The notes below the pieces were generated by a model. That model saw only the letters and a list, made by a program, of their open reading frames with translations. It was not told the origin of the DNA and did not search any database. Below, in pieces: positions 1 to 9,843 of a stretch of DNA of 64,000 nt. The first letter of the stretch is position 1, and each line of letters opens with the position of its first letter. The position numbers were made by a program, and so were the translations under genes. Source of the stretch: Candidatus Campbellbacteria bacterium GW2011_OD1_34_28 (lineage in GTDB: Bacteria; Patescibacteriota; Minisyncoccia; Phycocordibacterales; UBA12079). The stretch covers positions 490,303-554,302 of the forward strand of contig CP011215.1 in NCBI GenBank assembly GCA_001029775.1, written 5' to 3'.

Positions 1-117
1 TCCATTTATGGAAACAGCAAAGTTTTTGATTAATTATTATGAAATACCGCCAGACAGATAATTTTGCAAAATTATCTGTCTGGCAAGTGCAAAGTAGTAA
101 GGAGTAAGTATTAAGTT

Positions 118-1389
118 ATGAAAAAGATTTTTAAAAAAGCAATAGTTTACATATTGATGCTCGAAGCCCGAGCGGTTCTTTGGAAGTACAAACCAAAGAT
201 TGTTGCTGTAACAGGAAGTGTCGGAAAGACAACCACCAAAGATACTATATATACTGTTTTAAGCTCTGCATTTTTTGTAAGAAAAAGCGAAAAAAGTTTT
301 AACAGTGAAATCGGAGTGCCTCTCAGTATTTTGGGTGTTCAAAATGGAGGGAATAATCCTGTTATTTGGCTTAAAAATATTTTTGAGGGATTGGTTTTGA
401 TTTTGTTTAAAAATCATTATCCGATGTGGTTGGTTTTGGAAGTAGGCGCTGATAAACCTGGAGATATAGAATATATTGCAAAATGGCTGAAACCAGATAT
501 CGCTGTAATAACTCGTTTTGCAGAGATTCCTGCTCATGTTGAATATTTTGAATCTCCAAAAGATGTGATTGAAGAAAAGAAAAAACTGGTTGAGTATATG
601 CAGAAAGATGGATTTTTGATTTTAAATTTTGACGACAAACAAGTTTTTGAAATAAAAGAAGAATACAACAGAAAGACTGTGACATATGGTATGGAAGATG
701 GCGCAGATATCAAAGGATCAAATAATTTGTTCTTGTACGAAGATAAAAAAGTTGTTGGGATCACTTTCAAAGCCAATCAAAACGGAACAAGTATCCCTGT
801 AAACATAAAAGGATCTTTGGGAGTTCAACATATTTATCCTGCGCTCTCTGCTTTTGCTGTGGGATTTTCTCAAGGACTTAATTTGGTTTCAATGTCGCAA
901 GCACTTTCTTCCGATCACAAATCACAACCAGGAAGAATGAAATTGATTGATGGAATAAATAACTCAACTATCATTGATGACTCATATAATTCTTCGCCTC
1001 TGGCTGTTCGTTGGGCACTAAGGACTGTAAAAGAAATTGAAACTAGTGGTAGAAAAATTGCTGTCCTTGGGGACATGATGGAGTTGGGAAAATATACTTC
1101 GGATGAACACAAAAAAATAGGAAATCTGACAGCCGATGTTTGTGATGTATTGATAGCGGTAGGATTGCGTTCGAAAAGCACGATTGAGGGTGCAGTGGAA
1201 TCTGGAATGAATGAAAAAAATATTTTGCATTTTGAAGACTCTGTTTTGGCAGGGGAATATATGAAAAATTTTGTTAAAGAGGGAGATGTTATTTTGGTAA
1301 AAGGTTCTCGTTGGGCGATGCGAATGGAGAGGGTAGTTGAGAGAATAATGGAGCATCCTGAAAAAGCAGACGAGTTGTTAGTTAGATAA
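118..1389 (+). CDS. murF: UDP-N-acetylmuramoyl-tripeptide--D-alanyl-D-alanine ligase (Mur ligase)
   Basis: VTGSVGKTTTK P-loop, SFNSEIGVP, DDSYNSSP, LGDMMELG and VLVKGSR motifs typical of MurF. Confidence 0.9.
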   Translation: MKKIFKKAIVYILMLEARAVLWKYKPKIVAVTGSVGKTTTKDTIYTVLSSAFFVRKSEKSFNSEIGVPLSILGVQNGGNNPVIWLKNIFEGLVLILFKNHYPMWLVLEVGADKPGDIEYIAKWLKPDIAVITRFAEIPAHVEYFESPKDVIEEKKKLVEYMQKDGFLILNFDDKQVFEIKEEYNRKTVTYGMEDGADIKGSNNLFLYEDKKVVGITFKANQNGTSIPVNIKGSLGVQHIYPALSAFAVGFSQGLNLVSMSQALSSDHKSQPGRMKLIDGINNSTIIDDSYNSSPLAVRWALRTVKEIETSGRKIAVLGDMMELGKYTSDEHKKIGNLTADVCDVLIAVGLRSKSTIEGAVESGMNEKNILHFEDSVLAGEYMKNFVKEGDVILVKGSRWAMRMERVVERIMEHPEKADELLVR

Positions 1390-1560
1390 AAAGCAGGTTT
1401 TTTGAGAAAAAGGCCGATTTTTGGAAAAAGCCCAAAAATCGGCCTTTTATTGACCAAAAAACTTGACTTTTGAAAACTAATGTTTTATATTCAGAAGAGG
1501 AGTGTTCATTCATAAAACCCAATTTTTTCAACGATATTTTATTGTTCTAGGAGGAAAAAA

Positions 1561-2175
1561 ATGAAACGAATGTTTGAAGGAACCATGTCAATATTGCTTG
1601 CCATCGCCACTCTTTGGCTGATGTCGGATTTGTATCGACAAAGGATCGAGGGGAGAAAGGCAGAAAAGGCTGGTGTTGTTCAGTTGGAGGGAAAAACTGA
1701 GCAGACCCAACAAGGTCCAAAAATCCACGAAGTGGCGAAGGGGAACACTTTGTTTTCCATCGCTCAGCGCTACGCGGTTTCCGTTGAAGCACTGAAAAAA
1801 GCCAACGGATTTTCTCACAGTCGCGATACTTTGTATCCGCGACAACTTCTCGTCATTCCAAAAACAAAGTATGTGGACGAACAGGTTCTTGCTTCTTGGT
1901 ATGGACCAGGATTCCATGGACGGAAAATGGCGAATGGCAAACGGTTTGATCAAAACGATCCAACCGTCGCCGCACACAAAACTTTGCCCCTCGGGACGAA
2001 GTTGCGCGTGACCAGTAAGGACACGGGCAAAAGTATTATTGTTGAAGTTCAGGATCGTGGCCCCTATATTTGGGGTCGTGAACTTGATCTGTCTATGGCG
2101 GCGATGAGGAGAATCGAACCGTTACAGAAAGGGGTTGTTGAGGTGCAGATCGAGACAATTTATCCCAGAGGATAA
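1561..2175 (+). CDS. rlpA: LysM-domain RlpA-family lytic transglycosylase
   Basis: N-terminal TM segment; LysM (HEVAKGNTLFSIAQRY); DPBB domain (ASWYGPGFHGRKMANG, AAHKTLPLGT, DRGPY, DLS); AGGAGG SD. Confidence 0.9.
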   Translation: MKRMFEGTMSILLAIATLWLMSDLYRQRIEGRKAEKAGVVQLEGKTEQTQQGPKIHEVAKGNTLFSIAQRYAVSVEALKKANGFSHSRDTLYPRQLLVIPKTKYVDEQVLASWYGPGFHGRKMANGKRFDQNDPTVAAHKTLPLGTKLRVTSKDTGKSIIVEVQDRGPYIWGRELDLSMAAMRRIEPLQKGVVEVQIETIYPRG

Positions 2176-2195
2176 ATCGAAGTCTCGGTTTGTTA

Positions 2196-2225
2196 AAAAG
2201 CTCTGCGCTTGCGCAGAGCTTTTAT
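2196..2225 (+). terminator. intrinsic terminator after rlpA
   Basis: AAAAAGCTCTGCGC-TT-GCGCAGAGCTTTTT hairpin. Confidence 0.8.
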
Positions 2226-2320
2226 TTTTTCGTCGTTTTTAGATATCTTTTTTATTTTATAAAATAAAAAATTGAAAGTTTTAACGACCGTGGGTTAAAC
2301 ATATTAACTTGGTTGGTAAA

Positions 2321-2401
2321 TTTTGTGCATTAAGAAACGATCGTTTCTTAATGCACAAAAGAAAATAGCTTTTATTTGCTATAGCAAATAAAAGCTATTT
2401 T
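2321..2401. repeat. two adjacent perfect 40-bp loopless palindromes
   Basis: 2321-2360 and 2362-2401 are each their own reverse complement. Confidence 0.95.
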
Positions 2402-2566
2402 TATAAAATTTATGTACCACAGGTTAAAGACAAAAAGTCTGTTGATAAAAAGGTAGAGGGCATTTGAATTATTTTTTAACTGGCAAATTTATCGTATTTA
2501 TGGTTATATTTTGTTAGATTAGTGTAGGAATCCAGCGTTAACCAATTTAGGGAGGTAAACAAACAT

Positions 2567-2764
2567 ATGGCTCTGATAATGATTCCGATTGAAGTTCCTG
2601 ATGAGGATGATTGTAAACACCCAAATGGTGAAGTCTGCCGACTTTTTCATTGGGGTCACGAAGATGAGCCTTTTTGTCGAGGATGGAAGGGCGAATTTAA
2701 GATTCAGAATTTCAAAAAACATTCTATGTGTAGAAACTCAACAATCAGAGCGAGGTTAGGATGA
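2567..2764 (+). CDS. small Cys-rich hypothetical protein (paralog of next gene)
   Basis: GGAGG SD; CxHxxGxxCxLF...PxCxGW...KKxxxC pattern. Confidence 0.75.
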   Translation: MALIMIPIEVPDEDDCKHPNGEVCRLFHWGHEDEPFCRGWKGEFKIQNFKKHSMCRNSTIRARLG

Positions 2765-2994
2765 AGATTCATGCAGAAGTAAATATTCCCTCGAGAAATA
2801 CTTGCCGGCATTCAAGTGGGCAGTTGTGTTGTCTTTTTAATCACGGAATTAATGGGCACCCTACTTGTTGGGGATGGAACAATTTGCCGATCATCGATCT
2901 GAAAAAGACCGTAGAGTGTTTGACCTACGGAGTCGAATCGTACAGACCGCGTGGTTTTTTAGACAAACATTATTCAAAACATCACGGTCAATAA
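2761..2994 (+). CDS. small Cys-rich hypothetical protein (paralog of previous gene)
   Basis: ATGA overlap with upstream ORF; same Cys pattern; hairpin terminator at ~3002-3030. Confidence 0.75.
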   Translation: MKIHAEVNIPSRNTCRHSSGQLCCLFNHGINGHPTCWGWNNLPIIDLKKTVECLTYGVESYRPRGFLDKHYSKHHGQ

Positions 2995-3038
2995 AATCAG
3001 TCCCGTGTCGTCTGCAAGCGACACGGGGCTTTATTTTT

Positions 3039-3533
3039 TTAATCTATTCTTAAATAAATTTTTCTACCGGTTTCTTTTTCAAGATTACGCGCCAGATTGA
3101 GGCCTTCTTTTGATGTAGGCCAAGCAAATACTTTTAAATCTTTTGTTTTTTCAAATCTGCTGATTGCTTCTAATGTCATTTCTTTAGCATATCCTTTGTT
3201 CCTATATTCAGGAGCAGTGACAATTGCACATAAATACAAAGCATCGTATTCCGTATTTGGTTTTGTTTGTTCAAAAAGCTCTTTTTCGTTTATTTCTTTT
3301 GCAAGAAATTTGTCCATTATTTCTGTTGATGTTGGTATTGTAACAACCCATGAAATCAAATTTTCTTTTTCATCTATTTTATACAACAAAGAATCATCAC
3401 TTAACTTTTTAAGTTTTTTCCGACTTTCTTCATTAATAGGCATTTGGTTTGGGTCTTCTGCGGACTTGAAAATAGACTCGGCAATTTCTCGTGCCTGTTT
3501 AATAATTTTTTCGCTGGGTGAATTGGTTATCAT
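3039..3533 (-). CDS. GNAT-family N-acetyltransferase
   Basis: IVTAPEYRNKGYAKEM acetyl-CoA-binding motif A. Confidence 0.7.
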   Translation of the reverse strand: MITNSPSEKIIKQAREIAESIFKSAEDPNQMPINEESRKKLKKLSDDSLLYKIDEKENLISWVVTIPTSTEIMDKFLAKEINEKELFEQTKPNTEYDALYLCAIVTAPEYRNKGYAKEMTLEAISRFEKTKDLKVFAWPTSKEGLNLARNLEKETGRKIYLRID

Positions 3534-3674
3534 TTTGTAAGTTTTATTTTAATGACGATATAATATCACATGATAATAAATAGTCACTTTTTAAATATTG
3601 CATTGAAAAAGTTAAGTTTTCTGTTAATATTCTAATTATTAAATATTATGGTCCCGTTTTTTCTAATAACTAAA

Positions 3675-3718
3675 ACCTGCCTGCCGTGTCGTTGCTTTTC
3701 TTTCAGAAAAGAGGCAGG
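3675..3718 (+). repeat. 44-bp CCTGCC...GGCAGG dispersed repeat, copy 1
   Basis: identical to 46239-46282. Confidence 0.9.
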
Positions 3719-3741
3719 ACTAATGGCTATAAACTTAATAC

Positions 3742-3813
3742 GGCCCTATCGTCTAACGGTTAGGACATCGCCTTCTCAAGGCGGGAATCAGAGTTCGATT
3801 CTCTGTAGGGTCA
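3742..3813 (+). tRNA. tRNA-Glu(CTC)
   Basis: GGCCCTA/TAGGGTC acceptor stem, CTC anticodon, GTTCGATT T-loop. Confidence 0.95.
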
Positions 3814-4026
3814 CAAATCGCAAAAAAGAAACGCCAGTTCGAAAGAACTGGCGTTTCTTTTTTAGAAAAGCAAACTGCTTTGCTTTTCGGCGATTTGTGA
3901 AGCCGGAGGCATAATTTTTCGAGCATCACGAGAAAAATAGCCGAGGCGAGGTCGACAAGTACTTAGATATTTTAGAACCCGAAGGGTTTTTAAATATTTA
4001 GTAACTTGTGACCACACAGATTTAGT
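3814..4026 (+). repeat. tRNA-linked structured element (Glu subtype)
   Basis: colinear with the element after tRNA-Glu(TTC) at ~44391-44565 (-); carries GCAAACTGCTTTGC and ACTTAG...TTAGT core. Confidence 0.85.
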
Positions 4027-4115
4027 CAGTATTGAATACTTGGAAATACTGTCTATATAGTTTTTGACTCAATGGCTCAACGAGTTGAGCCGTTGATATA
4101 TGATACAATTTTAAA

Positions 4116-4919
4116 ATGATTGGAAAAAATTATTATATTTATGTTCTTGCTTTGTTTGTCTTGGCAACTATTTTTTTATTTGGTTTGAAAGAAGAAAAAA
4201 ATTTTGAAAATATGACAACTATTGAAGAAATTGAAGCTCGTATCTCAGGCATAGGTATAAAAAATGAAAACAGAGGTTTTTGGTGGAATAGTGGGGATGG
4301 CTATAATATTTTTGTTCCTGCTGATGAATCTGTGACAATTATAAAGACGGGAGTAGCTCCTGTTGAAAGAGACCTCGTCGCGAGAAAATATTTTGATGAA
4401 GAAGGTTCTTTGGCTGATTTGGTTCTTATGAATCGTCATTTTATTTTCAATATAGAAAATTCTTCAACCAGTACCTCTGATAAAAAATTTTATGATTATG
4501 TTCAATCTTATGAAAATGGTGATGAAAAATGTTCGGTAATAGTAAATCCTGATTTTATGTCATATCCAAAAATTATTGATATGGGATACAGTATGTCGGT
4601 AGTTTGTGGAAATGATTTTGAAAAAGCGAAAGATGAACAGGCCCCTCTTATTGATTCTCTCGGTTTAAAAAATACGAAAAATGTTGTGATTTTGAAAAAC
4701 AGAATGGGAGATTTTTTGAAAGTTGGAATATCGAGTGTTAGAAGTGGGGGATATGCAATTTTAAAAAAAGAAGGAGAAAATTATCGGGTATTATTTAAGG
4801 GACAAGAGGACCCTTTTTGCAATCTGATTAAAGAAGAAAATATTCCAGAAAATATTTTAAAAAGTTTTGGCATCAACGGTTGTTTTATAGATGGTGCAGA
4901 ACATAAATTTTTTGAGTAA
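4116..4919 (+). CDS. hypothetical membrane-anchored/secreted protein
   Basis: 267-aa ORF with N-terminal hydrophobic helix. Confidence 0.75.
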   Translation: MIGKNYYIYVLALFVLATIFLFGLKEEKNFENMTTIEEIEARISGIGIKNENRGFWWNSGDGYNIFVPADESVTIIKTGVAPVERDLVARKYFDEEGSLADLVLMNRHFIFNIENSSTSTSDKKFYDYVQSYENGDEKCSVIVNPDFMSYPKIIDMGYSMSVVCGNDFEKAKDEQAPLIDSLGLKNTKNVVILKNRMGDFLKVGISSVRSGGYAILKKEGENYRVLFKGQEDPFCNLIKEENIPENILKSFGINGCFIDGAEHKFFE

Positions 4920-4962
4920 ATTAATTTCAAGGAAAAACAAACCACTCACTACCAATTACAAA

Positions 4963-7900
4963 CTAGTCTAGTTTCTTAACACTATCCACAATCAAACTAG
5001 TTTCGCCATTTCGTTTGGAGATTTTTCCTTTTAGAGCGATTGTTGTGTCTTCTAAAATAATATCTTTGAATTGCTCGTATGTTTTTGGAAAGACAACAGT
5101 TTCCATCGTTCCTGTAAAATCAGAAATTCGCACAAATGCCATTTTTGAAGAACCTTTTTTGGTCAAAATTTCTTTTACTTCATCTACAAGTCCCGCCACA
5201 GCAGTTGTTGTCCCTTCGGGAACAGTTTCGGAAATACTTTTTATATTTTTTCCATCTTTCCCCAAAATATTTCTGTATTTATCCAACGGATGTCCCGAGA
5301 TATACAATCCCAACAATTCTTTTTCCCATGCCAATTTTTCTTTCATCTCGGCAGGGTCAGTCTTTTTTAACTTAAGTTGTGGAACATTACTGTCTTCTTG
5401 CATCAATCCAAACAAAGAGTCTTGATCTTTGTGTTGATGAGCTTTCTCTTTGTTGTATGCCAACAAGTCTTCCATGTTTGCAAGAATTTCTCCTCTTTCT
5501 CCAAAATTATCCATCGCTCCGCATTTTGTCAGCGCTTCTAGTGATTTCTTATTCAAATTTCTGTCTTGTATTCTTTCTAGGAAATCAGCGAGCGATTTAA
5601 ACTTTCCATTTTTTGTTCGCTCTTCAATAATCACATTGGCAATTCCTTCGCCAAAATTTTTGATTGTTTGTAATCCAAAACGAATTGCTTCACTTGGAAG
5701 ACCTGTTTCCAAGTCGGTGGTTTCTACAATAGTAAAGTCGGTAAAACTTTCGTTTATGTTAGGAGAAAGAACTGGGATTTTTAGTCTTTTACATTCACCA
5801 ATTATTTCGGCTACTTTTTCTGTGTCTCCCGAGTCCGCCATCAACAAGGCTGTCATATATTCAATAGGGAAGTTTGCCTTCATGTATGAAGTTTCGTAAG
5901 CCACTCGTCCATAACTGGCGGCGTGCGCTTTGTTAAATCCATAAGCGGCAAAGGTTTCAATCTTTGCCCAAAGCTCGTTGATTGTTTTTTCGCTCACACC
6001 GTTTGCTAAACATCCTTTGTAAAATTTTTCTTTTTGTTCTTGCATCAATTCTGGAATCTTCTTTCCGATTGCTTTTCTAAATTTGTCTACTTCCAACCAA
6101 GAATACCCCGCCAATTCAATCGCGGTTAAAAGAATGTCATCTTGATAGGTGATTACTCCAAAAGATTTATCCAAAATCTTTTCTAGCTTTGGATGTAGAT
6201 ATTTTATTTTTCTTGGATCATTTTTTCTCTCAATATACTCTGGGATAAATTCCATCGGACCTGGACGATACAAGGCAACAGCGGCGTTGATGTCGTTGAT
6301 GCTTGATGGTTTCATATCCATAATTACTTTTGTCATACCTCCACCTGACAACTGAAAACATCCAACAGTGTGTCCTTTGGCAAGCATTTCGTAAGTCTTT
6401 TCGTTGTTTAAATCTACATTATCCAAATCAACACTGATACCGCGGAATTTTTTTACCAATTCAACAGAGTTGGAAAGTATAGAAAGATTTTTGATTCCCA
6501 AGATATCAAATTTTGGTAGGTTTACGACACCGTCACGGTCTCCTGTATACATATCGTATTGAGTAATAATCTGTTCATCTTTATCAAACTGAACAGGACT
6601 GTAATCGTCTATACGAGTAGGGGAAATCAGCACACCAGCAGCGTGAGTAGAAATGTGTCTGGCACAACCTTCAATTTTTTTTGCATATTTAATTATCTCT
6701 TGAACATCTTTGTTTTCTTTATGAAGTTTTCTCAGATCTTCTTCCATCTCGAGAGCCCTTTCTATCGTCATTGGGAAACCCTGTGAACCCATCGGGATTA
6801 ATTTTGCTATCTGATCCCCCAATGTATAGGGGTGTCCCAAAGCACGGGTCACATCTCGCACCGCTCCGCGAGCTGCCATCGTACCGAATGTTCCTATCTG
6901 AGCAACCGCTTTTCCACCATATTTGCTCTTTAGATAGGCAATCACATCATCTCTACGAATGTCGGCAATATCCACGTCGATATCAGGAATACCAGGTCTT
7001 TGTGGATTCATAAATCTTTCAAAAGGTAGTTTTAATTCAAGAGGATTTACTTTCGTAATAAAGTTTAAATAAGAGACAAGACTTCCAGCAGCCGAACCTC
7101 TGGTGTTTGTATAAATACCCACACTTCTTGCGTGTTGAATTAAATCTGCCACGATTAAAAAGTAAGACGAGTAGCCTTTGTTTTTGATGATCTCCAATTC
7201 ATATTCAATACGATCAACAAGTTCTTGTGTTTTTTCTAAGCCTCTTTTTTCTATACCTGCATAGGTTTCTTTTTTTAGTTGTGTGTCATAAGTTTCGCCA
7301 TCTGGTATTGCGATGCTGGGAAAGGTCCAAGAGTCTAGGTCCAATTCCAAATAACACATCTTTAATATTTTTTCTATGTTTTCTATTGCATCGGGTGTGT
7401 CCTTAAAATATTCTTCTGCTTGTTTTGGAGTGATAAAAGAAAAATCGTCGTTTTCTCCACCAAAAGATTTTCCTGCCGATGTTTGTACCGACATTAAAAT
7501 GTTTCTTGCTCGACTGTCTTGTTTATCCAGATAATATACATCATGAGAGGCAACTAACGGGATATCCAATTTTTTTCCAAGATTGATTATTTTTTCTTTC
7601 AGTTCAAGAGACCCTTCTATTTCTGGGTGATGGGTGATTTCTAAATAAAAATTTTTAAATCTCTCCTGATACCATTTTGCGATTTCTTCTGCTTTCGTAA
7701 AGTTGTTTACTTTGAGAGCTTGAGAAATTTCTCCACTAAAATGAGGAGAGATACAAATCATTCCGGCGCTGTGATTTTCTATCAGCTCTTTGTCTATTCT
7801 GGGTTTGTAATAAAAACCTTCCAAATTGGATTTTGTTACCAGCTTGATCAAGTTTTTATAACCGCTTTCGTTTTTGGCAAGCATCACGAGACGACTTCTG

Positions 7901-8154
7901 CGGTTGTCTATTCCGGGTTCTTTGTCATGTCTGGTTCTAGTTGCTACATAAAAATCAACTCCAAGAATAGGAGTGATTCCTGCTTTTTTGCAGGCTTTGT
8001 AAAATTCTATCGTGCCGTACATATTTCCGTCGTCGGTCAAAGCCAAAGCTGTCATATTATTTTCTTTTGCTTTTTTAATTAAATCGGGAATCTGAGGAAG
8101 CGCATTCAAAAGACTATAGTGGCTGTGGGTGTGGAGATGGGTGAATTTTGACAT
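4963..8154 (-). CDS. dnaE: DNA polymerase III alpha subunit
   Basis: PHP domain HLHTHSHYS, RGSAAGS, PDIDVD, YGFNKAHA, C-terminal OB fold; start set at MSKFTH. Confidence 0.97.
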   Translation of the reverse strand: MSKFTHLHTHSHYSLLNALPQIPDLIKKAKENNMTALALTDDGNMYGTIEFYKACKKAGITPILGVDFYVATRTRHDKEPGIDNRRSRLVMLAKNESGYKNLIKLVTKSNLEGFYYKPRIDKELIENHSAGMICISPHFSGEISQALKVNNFTKAEEIAKWYQERFKNFYLEITHHPEIEGSLELKEKIINLGKKLDIPLVASHDVYYLDKQDSRARNILMSVQTSAGKSFGGENDDFSFITPKQAEEYFKDTPDAIENIEKILKMCYLELDLDSWTFPSIAIPDGETYDTQLKKETYAGIEKRGLEKTQELVDRIEYELEIIKNKGYSSYFLIVADLIQHARSVGIYTNTRGSAAGSLVSYLNFITKVNPLELKLPFERFMNPQRPGIPDIDVDIADIRRDDVIAYLKSKYGGKAVAQIGTFGTMAARGAVRDVTRALGHPYTLGDQIAKLIPMGSQGFPMTIERALEMEEDLRKLHKENKDVQEIIKYAKKIEGCARHISTHAAGVLISPTRIDDYSPVQFDKDEQIITQYDMYTGDRDGVVNLPKFDILGIKNLSILSNSVELVKKFRGISVDLDNVDLNNEKTYEMLAKGHTVGCFQLSGGGMTKVIMDMKPSSINDINAAVALYRPGPMEFIPEYIERKNDPRKIKYLHPKLEKILDKSFGVITYQDDILLTAIELAGYSWLEVDKFRKAIGKKIPELMQEQKEKFYKGCLANGVSEKTINELWAKIETFAAYGFNKAHAASYGRVAYETSYMKANFPIEYMTALLMADSGDTEKVAEIIGECKRLKIPVLSPNINESFTDFTIVETTDLETGLPSEAIRFGLQTIKNFGEGIANVIIEERTKNGKFKSLADFLERIQDRNLNKKSLEALTKCGAMDNFGERGEILANMEDLLAYNKEKAHQHKDQDSLFGLMQEDSNVPQLKLKKTDPAEMKEKLAWEKELLGLYISGHPLDKYRNILGKDGKNIKSISETVPEGTTTAVAGLVDEVKEILTKKGSSKMAFVRISDFTGTMETVVFPKTYEQFKDIILEDTTIALKGKISKRNGETSLIVDSVKKLD

Positions 8155-8234
8155 AGGTCTATTATAAATTAAAAATTGAAATCTCAAAATTTAAAGTCTT
8201 GTTTTGTTTTTTAATATTTAGTATATTTAATGAT

Positions 8235-8507
8235 AAGGAAGTTGAAAATCTCTTCTAAATGCCAGAAATAAGAGATGAGAGGGTAAATGCCCAGACCGAA
8301 TGCTAAGTACTCTGTTGATTGATGCCATTATGTAGAGAATGCTACTAGTGGCTTATATCATTGGAGACTAACGACGCATCGGACGATACCAAAGTTAGGT
8401 ACTGCTTTTTTCTTCGGATAGAGCAATCTGGCCCAATAACTTTGGATTGATGTCGTGGTACACTTCCTTTCTTTTGTAGACCGTCCTCTCGGGGACGGTT
8501 TTTTTAT
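8235..8507 (+). ncRNA. candidate structured non-coding RNA
   Basis: GC-richer tract without a long ORF; CCAAAGTTA/TAACTTTGG pairing; terminator ACCGTCC-TCTCG-GGGACGGT-T-run. Confidence 0.35.
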
Positions 8508-8597
8508 TGTATGATTTTCAATGTTTAAATTTATTTCTTAAATCGCATCATAATTTAGTTTGGCTTATATTCATAGAAATAGTTATAATTTATCTCA

Positions 8598-9209
8598 ATG
8601 ACCAATTGTCGATATCTAATTGGAATAGACGAAGTGGGTAGAGGACCTGTTGCTGGCCCTGTGGCTGTTGGAGCGGTTTTGTTTTATGCAGAAAACAAAA
8701 CTGTCATGGAAGAAAGATTTTCTAACTTTAAAGATTCAAAAAAACTTTCTCCCAAAAAAAGAAATGAATGGTTTGAAAATATTAAAAAAGCAAAACATGA
8801 GGGACTATTAGATTACAAAGTTGTTTTTGTTGATAATAAAAAAATAGACGAGTTTGGAATTGCTCCATCAATCAGGTCTTGTATAAAAAATTCTTTACAA
8901 TCTCTGTGTAAGACGTCGGACGTCTTACATAAAGATTGTCTGGTGTTGTTGGATGGGGGATTAAGAGCACCAGAGGAATTTGTAAATCAAAAAACTATTA
9001 TTAAGGGGGATGAAAAAGAAATGGTAATTGCTCTTTCTTCAATCGTGGCAAAAGTCACCCGTGACAGTCTGATGTGCAAGTTAGCAAAAGAATACCCCCA
9101 ATATGGTTTGGAAAATCACAAGGGTTACGGAACAAAAGCACATATGACCGCAATAAAAAATAACGGTATCTCTGAAATTCATCGAAAAACTTATCTAAAG
9201 AATATTTAA
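8598..9209 (+). CDS. rnhB: ribonuclease HII
   Basis: GIDEVGRGPVAGP, DSKKL, IIKGD, KGYGT motifs. Confidence 0.95.
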   Translation: MTNCRYLIGIDEVGRGPVAGPVAVGAVLFYAENKTVMEERFSNFKDSKKLSPKKRNEWFENIKKAKHEGLLDYKVVFVDNKKIDEFGIAPSIRSCIKNSLQSLCKTSDVLHKDCLVLLDGGLRAPEEFVNQKTIIKGDEKEMVIALSSIVAKVTRDSLMCKLAKEYPQYGLENHKGYGTKAHMTAIKNNGISEIHRKTYLKNI

Positions 9210-9289
9210 TATATGTCTTTACAAAATAAATAATATGATTTATAGTTTTGTGAGGATTTCTTATTTAACTCATATTTAGGAGGCACGTC

Positions 9290-9688
9290 ATGCACGATGA
9301 TTTGAAAGGGTTGGCCGAAGGATTCGGCGAGCTGTCGGGGTTTCTTGATTCTATTTTCGGTGGAAGCGAGGAAAAGGGAAGTAAGGAAGACTTGACTGAC
9401 GACGCTCTGGACAAGCTCCGCACCCTGATTGGTACCAACAATGTGATTCTCAAAAAGTTGGTCGCCGGTCTGCTTTTGGAATACTTTGTCGGCAAGCTGT
9501 CGTTTCAAGAGTTGGAATATTTTCTCCACTCTCGTGACAAGGACATTCAGATCGAGGCCGGCAAGGCCATTCTGGACTTCCACTGGAGGTCTCTCAATGT
9601 TAACATCCTACGCGAACTTCTCGCTCTTGAGGACGAAGAGATCAAACGAAAAATCAACGACTATCTCTCTTCAATGAAGAAGAAGTGA
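9290..9688 (+). CDS. orphan helical hypothetical protein
   Basis: AGGAGG SD, higher GC, own hairpin terminator at 9701-9732. Confidence 0.75.
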   Translation: MHDDLKGLAEGFGELSGFLDSIFGGSEEKGSKEDLTDDALDKLRTLIGTNNVILKKLVAGLLLEYFVGKLSFQELEYFLHSRDKDIQIEAGKAILDFHWRSLNVNILRELLALEDEEIKRKINDYLSSMKKK

Positions 9689-9843
9689 GTGTGGTCAAAA
9701 CAGCCCTTGGCAAAGCAATTTGCCAGGGGCTGTATTAAATTGAGTTTAGTCTGTTGCTTTTTCTGTAATAATGTAGTAAATTTATATCTGTTAATTTTAA
9801 AAAAGCTGTTAGCTGTTAGCTATCAGCTATTAGCTTCAAAAAT

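Noticed and set aside
4963-8154. Inteins in dnaE, nrdJ or dnaB
   Set aside because: The proteins are of normal length with no intein splice motifs.
8288-8422. TGA read-through or selenoprotein ORF (MPRPNAKYSVD*CHYV...)
   Set aside because: TGA acts as a stop elsewhere in the window, no SECIS was recognised, and the product resembles nothing known to me.
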